Positions 24,270-37,050 of a stretch of DNA of 64,000 nucleotides are shown here, piece after piece. The notes beneath the pieces are model-generated. The model worked only from the letters and a program-made list of their open reading frames with translations, had not been told where the DNA came from and did not search any database. Position 1 is the first letter of the stretch; every line of letters begins with the position of its first letter. The translations under genes were made by a program, and so were the position numbers. This stretch comes from Octopus vulgaris. Its lineage: Eukaryota. The DNA is taken from NCBI GenBank assembly GCA_951406725.2, contig OX597824.1, positions 84,506,001 to 84,570,000 on the forward strand, written 5' to 3'.

Positions 24270-24695
24270 TAAAATACCTATTTCTTTACTACCCACAAGG
24301 GGCTAAACACAGAGAGGACAAAGAAGGACAGACAAACGGATTAAGTCAATTACATTGACCCCAGTGCGTAACTGGTACTTATTTAATTGACCCCAAAAGG
24401 ATGAAAGGCAAAGTTGACCTTGGCAGAATTCGAACTCAGAACGTAGCAGCAGACGAAATACCTATTTCTTTACTACCCACAAGGGGCTAAACACAGAGAA
24501 GAAAACAAGGACAGACAGACGGATTAAGTCGATTACATCAACATCAGTGTGTAACTGGTACTTAATTTATCAACCCCGAAAGGATGAAAGGCAAAGTCGA
24601 CCTCAGCTGAATTTGAACTCAGAACGTAATGGCAGACGAAATACGGCTACGCATTTCGCCTGGCATGCTTAACGTTTCTGCCAGCTCACCGCCTT
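24270..24695 (-). mobile_element. Family A SINE, head plus two units plus the start of a third
   Basis: Junctions at about 24461 and 24278 (183-bp period). Confidence 0.88.
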
Positions 24696-26269
24696 ATGCT
24701 GTCTTATTTACCATGAACACTTGGTTCATGGATGCATTTAGCAGAGTTCACTATGTTGCAAAGTATGACAGTCCGATCAACAAGTCCTTCCCCATCTATA
24801 CAGTCATTGACCTACAAGCTGGACACCAACAACATCGATGTCACTAGTCAAGGAGACATTGGCCAACAGTAATTTGAACTAAACTACATCAGCGTCACCA
24901 GTCAAGGCCGACTTACAGCAGTTTGTCTTGTTTACATTCATTTCCATTCCACAGGACATTGTCATTTACTGTAGTCACACGGTTTTCTACGTCATCTTTG
25001 TTGATAATTAATCAGGGAGTATTTTTCATTCCACATGTTTTACTGTCAAATGTTTCGTTGTAGTCTATAAAACAATATGTAAACATAGGCTTAGAATTCT
25101 TTGACAGATGGCTCTATGTAGGTTAAAATAACTTGTCACCAGCCGCATACCGGAGTTGATGTAATCCACTGCACTTTCAATCTCTTGTAAATTTCTGGTC
25201 TTTGTGCCTTGGTGGATTGGCAGACAAAAAGATTTGTAATATTTGCTCTGGCTATAAGGCAGCGAGTAGGCAGAACTATAACCATATTGGGGGAAATGCT
25301 TAGTGGCTTTTCTTCCCACTTTACGTTCTGAGTTCAAATACCACCAGGGTCAAATTTGCCTTTCATCCTTTCAGGGTTAAAATATAGCCAGAACAAAACC
25401 CTAACCCTAATTTGTAACCAGTATTGGGAAGGTTTTCAAAGAAGTGAGCACATCAGGTAAAATGCTTAGCAGTATTTCATCCATCTTTACATTCCGAGTT
25501 CAAATTCTACCAAGGTCAACTTCATAATTCATTCTTTTGGGGTCAATAAAACAAGTACCAGTTAAGTACTGGGGTTGATGTAATTGACTAATCCCTTGCC
25601 CTAAAATTTCAGGCCTTGTGCCTATAGTGGAAAGGATTATTAGCAGTGGCACTATCACTTCTATATAGAAACTGACTGAAGGCGATGAGCTGGCAGAAAC
25701 GTTCTGAGTTCAAATTCCACCAAGGTCGACTTTGCCTTTCATCCTTTCGGGGTCGATAAATTAAGTACCGGTTACGCACTGGGGTCGATGTAATCGACTT
25801 AATCCCTTTGTCTGTCCTTGTTTGTCCCTTCTGTGTTTAACTCCTTGTGAGCAATAAAGAAAGAAGAAACTGTCTTTTAATTAGTCAATACCATCTTCCT
25901 GGCAGTTAATGTGTGCAAATCTCAATACCAATTCAAATAAATGTTTTATCTGGAGCGGAGATGTAAAGATAGAATAAGGGTCCATGAAAATAAATACAGA
26001 GTTCGTTTGTTTGTTTTGTTACATATCAAATCATGAAAAGATATTGCAAATGAGAGGGGCCGGCTGTCACAAGGGATCAAAAAACTGGAATTGAAAACGA
26101 ATAATATAAATAAAAATTGAAGTTTTAAAATGAAGCTAAAATCACAAAGATGAAAATTTACTGGTTTTAGTCCTTGGACTGTGGCCATGCTGGGGCACCA
26201 CTTTCAGCAGGTTTTAGTTGATTACATCAATATCAACACTTTTGTCAATTTTATATGTATGTGTGTGTG

Positions 26270-26580
26270 TGAAGGTGTGTGGCTTAGTGGTTAGGGTATT
26301 TGGCGTATGATCATAAGGTTGTGAGTTCAATTCCTGGCAATGTGTTGTGTCCTTAAGCAAGACACTTTATTTCACATTGCTCCAGACCACTCAGCTGCCA
26401 AAAATGAGTTGTATCTGTTATTTCAAATGGTCAGCCTTGTCACATAATGTCACACTGAATCTCCCTGAGAACTACGTTAAGGAAAACACGTGTCTGTGGA
26501 GTACTCAGCCACTTGCACGTTAATTTCATGAGCAGGCTGTTCTGTTGATCAGATCAACTGGAACTGAACCCTCATTGTCA
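26270..26580 (+). mobile_element. tRNA-derived SINE sharing its 3' module with the SINE at 61372
   Basis: TGGCTTAGTGG and GAGTTCAATTCC boxes; shared GGCCTTGTCACA...GAGAACTACGTTAAGG...CAGGCTGTTC-type tail. Confidence 0.75.
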
Positions 26581-26600
26581 TATGTGTATATACAGAGTGC

Positions 26601-26663
<63 letters not shown>

Positions 26664-26834
26664 ATTCCAAGAAAGTTAGTGGTTGTGAATCCAACCCACT
26701 AAGGGATAATATCTATCCAATATACTGCTGGTAGAACACCCAATTATTAATACACAAGGGTTTTTTATTGCATTGCAATTACATTACCTAGTGTACTAAA
26801 TGGGTGGAGGTAAAGAGAGATTTTACTATTAATT

Positions 26835-27070
26835 TATATAGCAATAAAAAAATTGGAGGGGACCAATAGGTGGTTCCTCAACTTTTAGACATTATATTAT
26901 GTTATCTTCTTTATTTATTTACTAAACTGATGATTACAATAATATGTAAAGCATAATATGTTATATGTATGTATATTATTGTAATTATCAGTTTAGTAAA
27001 TAAATAAGTTAATATAATATAATGTCTAAAAGTTGATGAACCACTTATTGATCCCCTCCATTGCTATATA
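26835..27070. repeat. Imperfect palindrome, arms about 100-110 bp
   Basis: TGGAGGGGACCAATAGGTGGTTCCTCAACTTTTAGACATT...ACTAAACTGATGATTACAATAATAT is mirrored at 26973-27070; CTGATGA at 26927. Confidence 0.88.
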
Positions 27071-27104
27071 TATAATATATATATATATATATAATATATA
27101 TATA

Positions 27105-27505
27105 GGCGTAGGAGTGGCTGTCTGGTAAGTAGTTTGCTTACCAGCCACATGGTTCCGGGTTCAGTCCCACTGCGTGGCACCTTGGGCAAGTGTCTTCTAC
27201 TATAGCCTCGGGCCGACCAAAGCCTTGCGAGTGGATTTGGTAGACGGAAACTGAAAGAAGCCCGTCGTATATATGTATATATATATATGTGTGTGTGTGC
27301 GTGTGTGTTTGTGTGTCTGTGTTTATCCCCCTAGCATCGCTTGACAACCGATGCTGGTGTGTTTATGTCCCCGTCACTTAGCGGTTCGGCAAAAGAGACC
27401 GATAGAATAAGTACTGGGCTTACAAAGAATAAGTCCCGAGGTAGAGTTGCTCGATTAAAGGCGGTGCACCAGCATGGCCGCAGTCAAAATGACTGAAACA
27501 AGTAA
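27105..27505 (+). mobile_element. Full-length family B tRNA-derived SINE; other copies at about 39195-39575(-), 49175-49570(-), 53820-54228(-) and 63195-63790(-)
   Basis: Head GGCGTAGGAGTGGCTGTCTGGTAAG...GGGTTCAGTCCC, internal (TA)(TG) tract, and end GACTGAAACAAGTAAAA. Confidence 0.9.
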
Positions 27506-27539
27506 AAAACAAAAAAAAAGATATAAATCAAATCAAAAT

Positions 27540-28017
27540 CACTTCGATGACTGGCATCCGTGCTAGCGGGTTGCAAAGAGCACCATGCGAGTGTGATCGT
27601 TGACAGAGCGGCTTTTCGAGTATGCTCATTACCAGTGTCGCCTTACTGGCACTTATGCCTGTGCTAGTAGGGTGCCAAAAACACCAACTGGCTTCCGTAC
27701 CCGTGACACGTAAAAGGGCACACTTCGAGCGTGATTGTTACCAACGTCGCTTCACTGGCACCCGTGCCGGTGGGCACGTGTAAAAAGATTCGAGCGAGGT
27801 CATTGCCAGTACCGCCTAAACTGGCCCCTGTGCAGGTGGCATGTAAAAAGCACCCACTACACTCTCGGAGTGGTTGGCGTTAGGAAGGGCATCCAGCTGT
27901 AGAAACTCTGCTAGATCAAGACTGGAGCCTGGTGCAGCCATCTGGTTGCCAGCCCTCAGTCAAAACCGCCCAACCCATGCTAGTATGGAAAACGGACATT
28001 AAATGATGATGATGATA
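27540..28017 (+). mobile_element. RTE LINE 3'UTR fragment with (GAT)n tail; similar copies at about 3110-3295, 37797-38050, 39640-40182, 57420-57742 and 57970-58137
   Basis: Matches the 3'UTR contiguous with the RTE ORF end at 40912-41740; internal GGTGGCACGTAAAAAGCACC subrepeats. Confidence 0.8.
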
Positions 28018-28607
28018 TATATATATCATACATAGAGAGAAAATTACACCTTTATTATAGATCTCTCCATATAAAGCTGACAAATGCATGAGGATTTAGC
28101 TCGGATTTGTATTTCATTTACATTTACTGGTGTCCAATTATTGAATATTGTTAACCAAATCCTTTTTATACTAAGTGCTTTATTGATTTCTGACAGGATT
28201 TTTTCATCCCTTTGTTTCTTCTAATTATATATATACATATATATATGATACATAAACATACATAAACACACATTCTCTTTTAGGAAAAAGAGTTTTTAGT
28301 ACAGCAAAGGATGTAATATTTAAACGAATCTAGTTGTATATTTACAAAACATAACTAAAGTACTTTAGCTATAGCAGAAAACAATACTGTATCTAAAAAG
28401 CTTGTAATTATAAATGGGGTCAGGCTAAGTAGAAGACATCGTCTGGATTAAAACTAGCCAATAGGAGCTTATGGGAAGATCAACTTTATATATAGGACTT
28501 GAGGTGATTATTTTAGACATTTTTAGGGGGGCTTATTTTTTGCCATTAAATACAGTATATAAAGTAATGAGAGAGAGAAAGATGAATGTAAATAGTGTTT
28601 TACTTAC

Positions 28608-28731
28608 CAAAGTCTATATCTAACATAGTTGATTGAGCACCTTCAATAAGAATCTTGCGTCCATTTTTAATGGCATTATTCAAGTAGAGGACAGAGTCTA
28701 CCACAAAAGGTTTCACCTTTTCTCGTAACAA
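28608..28731 (-). CDS. ADSS: Adenylosuccinate synthetase exon
   Basis: AG/GT boundaries, 124 nt; [41 protein letters not shown]. Confidence 0.95.
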
Positions 28732-31318
28732 CTAAAAGAAGAGAATGAGACCTGTGACGAAGGAGACCAAACTCCTTATCATTTATTGACAGTCTTGTTA
28801 GTTGGCCGAAGAATAAATAAAGGAATTACATTACAAAAAGGCACCAACCCCCTTGGAATGAAGAACTAAAGACTTAAGCAGGGAGTTATTTTGCAAAGGT
28901 GATTCACTAAATGAAAATAAAAGGGTGCTGATTATATGCTTAAATGCCAAATGAGAGAATATAAAGATTTTTGAAACAATTTTATCTTTATATTTAAAAA
29001 AAAATTTTTTTTTTTATTTACAATTCTCTATCTCAGAGATGAAGAATTTATATTTACATTAGTCAGACTGTTACCCTCAATTTGATTGTTGCTCAACAAC
29101 AGAGTTCAACACAAGACACCTGAAGATGGCTGGAGTATACAACAGCCAAGATGTAGTGAAAGTAACTATCAAGTTGAGGACACCAGTTTGGCTAGTGTAA
29201 ATAGTGTACATGAGAAAAATTTATTTACATCTAAGCAACTGTTTAACAGGTTTGATCTCAGATCATTGTCAGGTGTTTTATTCCTGGACATGTGCATTGT
29301 TCAAGACAGGATTTTAACAAGGAATTTTTATTTCTGAATTAAGGGTAGCAATGTCCTTTAAATGGTGATAACATCGGCAGTTGTTAGAAAATCAGACAGA
29401 GTGCCTTGCAGTATTTGTTCAAACTTTGTATTCAAATTCTGTTGTGTCTGGGGAGAGTCATTTTCTTTTTGTGCCTTATAATATAACACACTCACCAGTA
29501 AAATTTCCACTTTTTTTTCTTATTTTTATTTTCCTAAAATTTTTGTTGCGTCTTGCAACCTTTGTATTCAAACCCAATTGAGATCAATTTCACTTTTCAA
29601 GATCAATAGAATGAAAGTACCAAACCAGGGCGATAAATTAATGGAACTGTTAGAGAGGTGGACAAGATGGTTTGTGGCATCGGTTTCAGTTCTTTGCATT
29701 TTGACAGCAAGGCCTGCAATGACGCCAGTGCAAGTTCTATCAGCTGAATCAGAAACCTTTACTTTGGATAAACATCGATGGTGTGAAGAAAGGAAACTTG
29801 CATACAGTGACAGGTGTCAGGTGCCCAAAAATGTTTTACCCAGGATCTTGGACTAGGCTCCACCACAAGGTCCAATCCTTGTTGCAATGCACTGGCCTGT
29901 GTGTCTCAATGGCCATGAGATCTGTGCCAGCAAAGTGCAAGATCCTGATGGAATATCTCATGCTGAATAGGTCAAAGGTCAGAGGCCAGACTAATATGGA
30001 CCACCTCTTCCAAAAAAAATGGCAAAGTTACAGAAGGATCAATGACAATTCAAAACCAAGAAGATCCATGAGAAGGTTTTCCAATTGGAAGGAAGCAGAA
30101 AAGACAACTCAGAGTCAAGAAAGGTAGAGCAAAGTTGTCATGGGCCTGTGCTCCATGGGAAGTAAAGAGATGAAGTAAGTGGATCAGGCTAGGAAGAAGA
30201 GTAATAATGATTTCTGACACACATAAAGGTGGGGGTAGGGAAATAGCATTGATTTAATCAACTTTGTCAGTTTTTGGTATCTATTTTACTGAACCTGGAA
30301 GAATAAAATACAAATTGACCATGGTAAGATTTGAACCCACATGCAGAGCTTGTGAGGAGAGGGGAACAGTTGATGATATTGATTCCCAGTATATAACTGG
30401 CTGACTTCACCTTTCATCTTTTCAGGGTCGATAAAATAACTAGCAACTGAGGACTGGGGTCGATGTAACCAACTTAACTACTCCTGGGTAAGAGTATAGA
30501 AACTCGAACCCCTACTCCACTCTGCCAAGTCACGTTGAGCCAGTGTGGTAGAGTAGGCTCATGAAACCAGTTTGATCACAAGCTCAAATTCATGGCCTCC
30601 ACATCAGAGTGTGGTTGGTGGAGAGAACATGCAGTGGGCTGAACACAGGTAATCCAATCCAATACAATATAATTGGTACTTATTCTATAACCCTGGAAGA
30701 ATAAAATGCCAAGTAAGCCTTAGCAAGATTTGAACTCACATGTAGAAAAATAATGAGGAGTCATAGCATAGGTGCAAGGCCAGAACTTTTGATGGGTGGA
30801 GGTAACGGTTGATTACATCAACCTTAGGATATGACCGGTACTTATTTTATCAACCTGGGAAGGATGATAAGCTAACTTTGGAAAAATTTGAACTTGGAAA
30901 ATAAAGGGCTGTGTTTGAATACGGTAAGGCATTTTGTCTTTCATTCTAACAATTTTGACATATTTATAAAACAAAGAGTTAAGAAATAGATTACGCAAGC
31001 AGAAAATGTGTTAAATAATGCAACACAAAAGATGCAGTTTATACATGCAAGATAAGATGTACCTACACACATTATATAGTGTGCTGAAAGCCAATTGTAA
31101 ATGTATACATTTATACATAAGAGAAAGATGTGGTGCTCAGACTCACCAAGGAGGGCAGTGACAAAGACAAAACAATGATGATGATAGACATCTATATATA
31201 TATATATGTATATAAGTATTTCTATATTGAATTTTTCCCTGTAAGTTTGGAATAATACTCCCTCATATTATCATATATATATATATATATATACTTTATT
31301 TAAAAGCAGCAGAAATTC

Positions 31319-31369
31319 AACAAAACCTGTTACTCGGAGTTTCACGTTCCCGTTCGTCGGACTGTTTTG

Positions 31370-31371
<2 letters not shown>
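31319..31371 (-). ncRNA. Minimal type-I hammerhead (U4C variant) between (TA)n tracts, sense to the ADSS pre-mRNA
   Basis: AACAAAAC-AGT-CCGACGA-ACG-GGAA-CGT-GAAA-CTC-C-GAG-T-A^-AC-AG-GTTTTGTT; GUA cleavage triplet. Confidence 0.65.
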
Positions 31372-31417
<46 letters not shown>

Positions 31418-31734
31418 TGTATGTGTGTGCATGCGTGAATGAAACGAGTGAGTGAGTGAGTGAGTAAATGGATTTATATAAAGCTTTTGAGAGCAGAAAT
31501 GTTATTTTGCATATTTAGGAGAGAAAAATCAGCAACAATTTCTATATCTTATAATTGGTAGCTAGCAAATGATTGAATGAGTGAACCAAGGTCTCACATG
31601 CGAGAATTTTACAATGTAAAGGAAGCTAACAAAAACAGGAAGGAGTAGAGGAACTGTTTAGCTGACAGTGAGTTAATATAGAAGTCTATTAAGAAGTGAG
31701 CTAACCTACATCTCTTGTAGGTTAAGGTTAGGAT

Positions 31735-32650
31735 TTGGTTCTGTGTCAGGGAGAATCACTACTGATGCTATCTTCCTAGAAAGCCAACAGCAGGAGAAGT
31801 ATTTAGCCAAAAATATACTACTGTACTTGGCTTTTATTAATTTAGAGAAAGCCTTTGACAGAGTCCCTCACTTCTTCATCTGGTGGTCACAGCAGAAGCT
31901 AAGGGTAGATGAGTGGCTGGTGAGAGCTGTCCAAGCCATCTACAAGGATGCTGTTAGTAAGGTGAAAGTCAGCAACGAGTAATGAATTTAGTGTGCAGGT
32001 AGGAATTCACCAAGGCTCAGTTCTCAGCCCCACTCTTGATTATCATAGTCCTTCAAGCCACAACAGAGGAATTAAAAACTGGTTACTCATAGGAGCTTCT
32101 CTATGCTGATGACCTTGTTCTTGTAAGTAAAACTATAGTAGAATTAGAAGAGAAATTTTAAGTGTCGAAGCAAGGTCTGGCATGAAAGGTTAATTTTGTT
32201 AAGAATGAAATATTAGTGAACAGGGAAGCAAATAAATTACTAATCCCTTGAGGGAAGTAACCCAATATGACATGTAGAAAAAGTATAGGTAGAAATTCCA
32301 TCCAATGCACCCAGGGCAAACTATGGACACATATGAGGTACTGGAAAATCACAAGAAGGTTGACAGAGAGAGTACTTTTTGTGTGTGGGAATTCCCAGGG
32401 AGATCCTTAGAGGTAGTAGATATTTTCGGTTACCTAGGTGACCAAATTAGCAGTGGAGGAGGATGCTCTGAGAGCATAGTTGGTAAGAGAAAAATTGAGT
32501 ATCAGAGGCATCAGAAGTAGTGTGCAAGAAGGAAAAGTATGCTGGTATGATTATGTGATATGTATGGATGAAGACAGCTGCACTAAGAGGTATCGATACT
32601 TAAATATGGAGGGAATCTGTGGAAGAGGAAAACCCAGGAAAATGTGGATA
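31735..32650 (+). mobile_element. Degenerate RTE LINE reverse transcriptase fragment
   Basis: GRITTDAIF...LYLAFINLEKAFDRVP, HQGSVLSP and LLYADDL motifs, with stops and frameshifts. Confidence 0.9.
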
Positions 32651-33039
32651 TATATATTTGCAAAGGCTTGGCAGGCATCTCAGCTAGCGGGACTCGCTAC
32701 CCTGGACTGATGACGGACAAGACCCAGAAACATGCATGTCTTCAGGTTGCTAGTCCTAGCTGGTGGGGGTGCTTGCCTCCCCTTTGCAAATATAAGGACA
32801 CAGGAAATGTGTCAAAGCCAATAGGAAACGTCGATGCTTTCTAGGGCTATATAGCGGTGGTGTGATTCCCTTTACGGGACTGTCACATTATGTTGACATT
32901 ATACAACCACTCCCGCTCTCTCTCTCTCTCTCTCTATATATATATCTATCTATCTATCTATATATAGTTGAAATTTACAGGAAAACAAGACAAAGACAGG
33001 TGCATAAACAACAAGCAGGTGTATAAGTTTGATGCTTGG

Positions 33040-34010
33040 TCCCCAGTCATTGCCTCTGTGAGGCCCAATGTTTGAAGGTCATGCTTCACCACCTCATCCC
33101 ATAGTTTCCTTCCACAGTTAGGCTGTGGCACTTCCTCACACAGCTGTCCTCATCCATACATAACATATGACCATACCAGCGCAGTCGTCTCTCTTGCACA
33201 CCACATTTGATGCTTCTTATGCCCAAATTTTCTCTCAGGTCACTTAAACTCTGTCATGTATGCACACTGACATTACACATCCAGCAGATCATACTAGCTT
33301 CATTTATTTCAAGCCTACGCATGTCCTCAACAGTCATGGCCCATGTTTCACTACCTTGTAGCACGACAGTTTGCACACATGCATCATACAGTCTACCTTT
33401 CATCCTGAGCGAGAAGACCTTAGTTGCCAGCAGCAGTAGGAGCTCCCTGAATTTTGCCCAGGCTATTCTTATCCCAGCTGCTACACTCTCAGAGCAAACC
33501 ACTCCCACTATAGATTTGGTCACCTAGGTAGCAGAAGCTATCAACTACTTCTAGTTTTTCCTCCTGTCATGTGATGGAATCTGTTTACTGTACATCTTCA
33601 GTGTTTATTGCCCCTGTGCATCTGCCATACACAGAAACTATCTTCCCAGTTAACTTTCCTTTCATATTGCTACACCTTTTGTGTCCATAGCTTACACTGG
33701 GTACATCACAGAGTTTCTACCCATGCCTTTTCTACAGATCGAGTAGGGCCATCTACCTGAAGGGGTTTGTGATTTGTTAGCTACTTACAAAAACCTAGGT
33801 TAACCCTAAGGCCCTTCGATTCTAAACCTTGCTACCACACCCTAAACTTTGTCTCTAGTCCTGTCAGTGACTCAGCTATTAGAGCAAGGTCATCAGCAGA
33901 GAGGAGCTCCCAGGGGCAGCCTGTCTTGAATTCCTTTGTTACTGCCTGGAGGACTATAATGAATAAGAGGGGGCTGAGAACAGATCCTTGGTGAACCCCT
34001 ACTTCTACTA
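33040..34010 (-). mobile_element. Degenerate RTE LINE RT/C-terminal fragment, same family, opposite orientation
   Basis: GVHQGSVLSPLLFIIVLQA, ELLSADDL, and KGRLYDACVQTVVLQGSETWAM. Confidence 0.9.
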
Positions 34011-34823
34011 TATATACATATATATTACATAATCATCATTATTTAACATCCATCTTCCATGCATGCATGGGGAGGACGGTTGAAAGGAGCTAGCCACATA
34101 GAAAATCTACCCAAGGATACCATGTCTATTTTGGCAGGGGTTTTATAACACCAACCACCCTGCAAAGTGGACTCGGTGCTTTTTACGTGGCACTAGCATA
34201 GGCAAAGTTAGTTTTGGCAACATTTTTACAACTGGATGTCCTTCCAGACAGCTACCGCATTAGTGCAGACTGGATACTTTAATGTGGCACCAGCACAGGC
34301 AGGGTAACCAAATAACTCACAAGACAAGGAATTATGAGATGGGCAGAGCATTTGTGTCAGAGGATGAAAGTTAGAGGGTGACTAAGAGACAGAGAGACAG
34401 AAACAGGTGTCTTGCCACAACGGGGGGGGGGGGCGTATTACAGGAGGTGAACCAGTATCGAATGATGAAAGGTTAGAGTGTAACAGAGAAATAGAGGCAG
34501 AAATAGGTGTCTTGATATAGAGGAGGTACATGGTTACTCAGTGAAAGAGAGAGAGAGGAGACAGAGAGTGAGAGAGCAGTACAGAAAGAGGCCAGAAACA
34601 AGTGTGCTACAATAAAGGTGATACTTGGTTACCTAGTCAGAGGGAAAATGAGGGGAGAGAGAGAGTGACCAAAGGGAAAGAGAGAGTACGAAACACCAAA
34701 AATGTAAGAGAGAGCAGAAAAGAAATGGTGTAGTGCTGGGGTATACTCACAAGTAACAAGAATGAGTGTAGAAACTGGTTAGAAAAACAGGGAGTGGGTA
34801 TGGGTAGTGGGGAGCAATCATAC

Positions 34824-34862
<39 letters not shown>

Positions 34863-34885
34863 CATACATATAATATATACTAGAC

Positions 34886-35181
34886 CAGTGCTTCTCAAAC
34901 TATCTGATGTGGCATACCGGTAGCTTTTCCTTTCCAATGTGCCAGGGACCAGTAATATTTCTTAGTAATATTAATTCATACAGGAAACAATATATATATA
35001 ACGAATATAATAAAAGTTGACAAATTTTTTTTCATCTTATATTTATTTTGTAAACAAACAATCCAATAATTACATAAGCATTTTACAGTGTTTCTTTCTT
35101 TTCTGGAAAATCTCCGTGTCCTGGCAGCTCAAGGCTCGTGGACCGGCACTGGTCTGCGGACTACCACTTTGACTAGCACTG
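34886..35181. mobile_element. hAT-type MITE with 8-bp TSD
   Basis: TIRs CAGTGCTTCTCAAA / TTTGACTAGCACTG; TSD TACTAGAC at 34878-34885 and 35182-35189. Confidence 0.9.
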
Positions 35182-35624
35182 TACTAGACTACCCTTGACC
35201 TGCTGGGTCACCAGGAAAGTCTGAGTTTTCCAGCAACAAAGTTTGGTTTTTGTGGGTTCTTTTGTTTTTTAATTTTCCAGGTTATTTCTCATGCTTTCAA
35301 CGAATGTGACATCGAAATCACATGTAAATGGCTCCTTTTCTCAGAAAAGGTAAGATATGGCTGCTATTTCACATATTACCTTTAATAAATTAGCTTTCAT
35401 AAAGTTCACCTTCAAAAGGCCATGACGAGTCAGAGTACGACTGGGTGCTTCTACTTCACAAGCTGCTCTAATGCAACAACAGCGATATCAAGTCAGTTTG
35501 TCATTCATTATGTTTCATATTTACTAAATCAAGCAATTATTCTTCGTCTATTCTAATGCAATATCTAAACAGTTATATACATATTGCTGTAATTAATTTA
35601 CACATTGCATTAATAGACATTTTT

Positions 35625-36285
35625 CAACATCTATGCAATGGCACAAGGATTACCAAAAAATTGATGCAGACAGTGTTGGAGGCAACAATACTGACTGGGA
35701 AAGCAAGTGGTGAAGATGTTTTCATTCCAAAGATTCCTCTGAATCCTTCCAACACACAAATTGATTTCAAAAGGCAACAATTCCCACTGAGATTAAGCTT
35801 TGCAATGAGCATCAACAAAGCACAGGGTCAGACATTGGAAGTGGTAGGCCTTAATCTTGCAGAACCTGCTTTTTCTCATAGACAGCTCTATGTCGGATGC
35901 TCTAGAATTGGGGATCCGGAAAATTTATTTCTCTATGCATGCAATGGCAAAACCAAAAACACTGTATCACGAAACACTGCAAGACTGAAATTTTGGAACA
36001 AAGATGACTCTCCCTGCAACGACCTCTCTTGCCAACTTACGACAACCTCGCCAACCTCTCTCAAATTCTCTTGCCAATCTCCAACAATCTCTCTCACCAA
36101 CCTTTGACAATATTTTTCACCGACCTCCGAAAACCTCTCCCTCCACTAGCCGACAGTTTCTGTACTTTTAAGTGACAGAATATACATATTTTGTGGCAGT
36201 TATAACAAACTTGCCTCCTTATATTGGAGTAATAAGACCTTTCAGTACATTATTACATCAGGGAATTACCAGGCACACCAGCTAG
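35625..36285 (+). mobile_element. Helitron 3' fragment: PIF1-like helicase C-terminus and CTAG end
   Basis: LCNGTR...FKRQQFPLRLSFAMSINKAQGQTL...FSHRQLYVGCSR; ends CCAGCTAG|T at 36285. Confidence 0.88.
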
Positions 36286-36385
36286 TATGGATATATATAT
36301 ACATACATATATCTATATATATATATTTCGTTTTTGGATTTGGTTTGCAAGATTCTTTATATGAGTTCGTGTGTTGAAGCATATT

Positions 36386-36663
36386 CTATTGTGTCTGGGG
36401 AGAGTCTCTTTCTTTTTGTGCCTTATTATGCAACACACTCACCGGTAAAATATCCACGCTATTCTTACTTTCATTGTCCTAAAATTTTCGTTGAGTCTTG
36501 CAACCTGTTCAATAATTTTCAGTAGTCAAAACTATTGAAAAGGTTGCAAGACACAATGAAAATTTAAGGACAATAAAAATAAGAAAAAAGTGGAAATTTT
36601 ACCGGTGAGTGTATGTTACAATATAAGGCACAAAAAGAAAATGACACTCCCCAGACACAATAG
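36386..36663. repeat. Imperfect palindrome, arms about 130 bp; solo arm at about 29441-29563
   Basis: CTATTGTGTCTGGGGAG...CTTGCAACCTGTTCAATA is mirrored by TATTGAAAAGGTTGCAAG...CTCCCCAGACACAATAG. Confidence 0.92.
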
Positions 36664-37017
36664 TGTATATATATATACATACATATATATATATACACAC
36701 ACATATATATATATATATATATACACATATATATATACATATATATAACACATATATATACACACATATATATACATATATACACATATATATACACACA
36801 TATATATACATATATACACATATATATACATATATACACATATATATATATATATATACACACACATATATACATATATACACATATATATACATACACA
36901 TATATATATATACATACACATATATATACATACACATATATATATATACATACACATATATATACATACACATATATATATATACATACACATACAAATA
37001 TACATACATATATACAC

Positions 37018-37050
<33 letters not shown>

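Noticed and set aside
25398-25410. Telomeric CCCTAA repeats
   Set aside because: Only two copies, compatible with chance.
29117-29158. Functional hammerhead (CTGAAGA-T-GGCTG/CAGCC)
   Set aside because: GAAA is replaced by AAGA, so it is a decayed remnant. The remnants at about 44495-44540(-) and 45062-45131(-) likewise lack an intact core.
35556-36107. Host PIF1 helicase gene
   Set aside because: Intronless C-terminal fragment only, with a degraded motif (SHRQLYV) and a Helitron-type CTAG end downstream.
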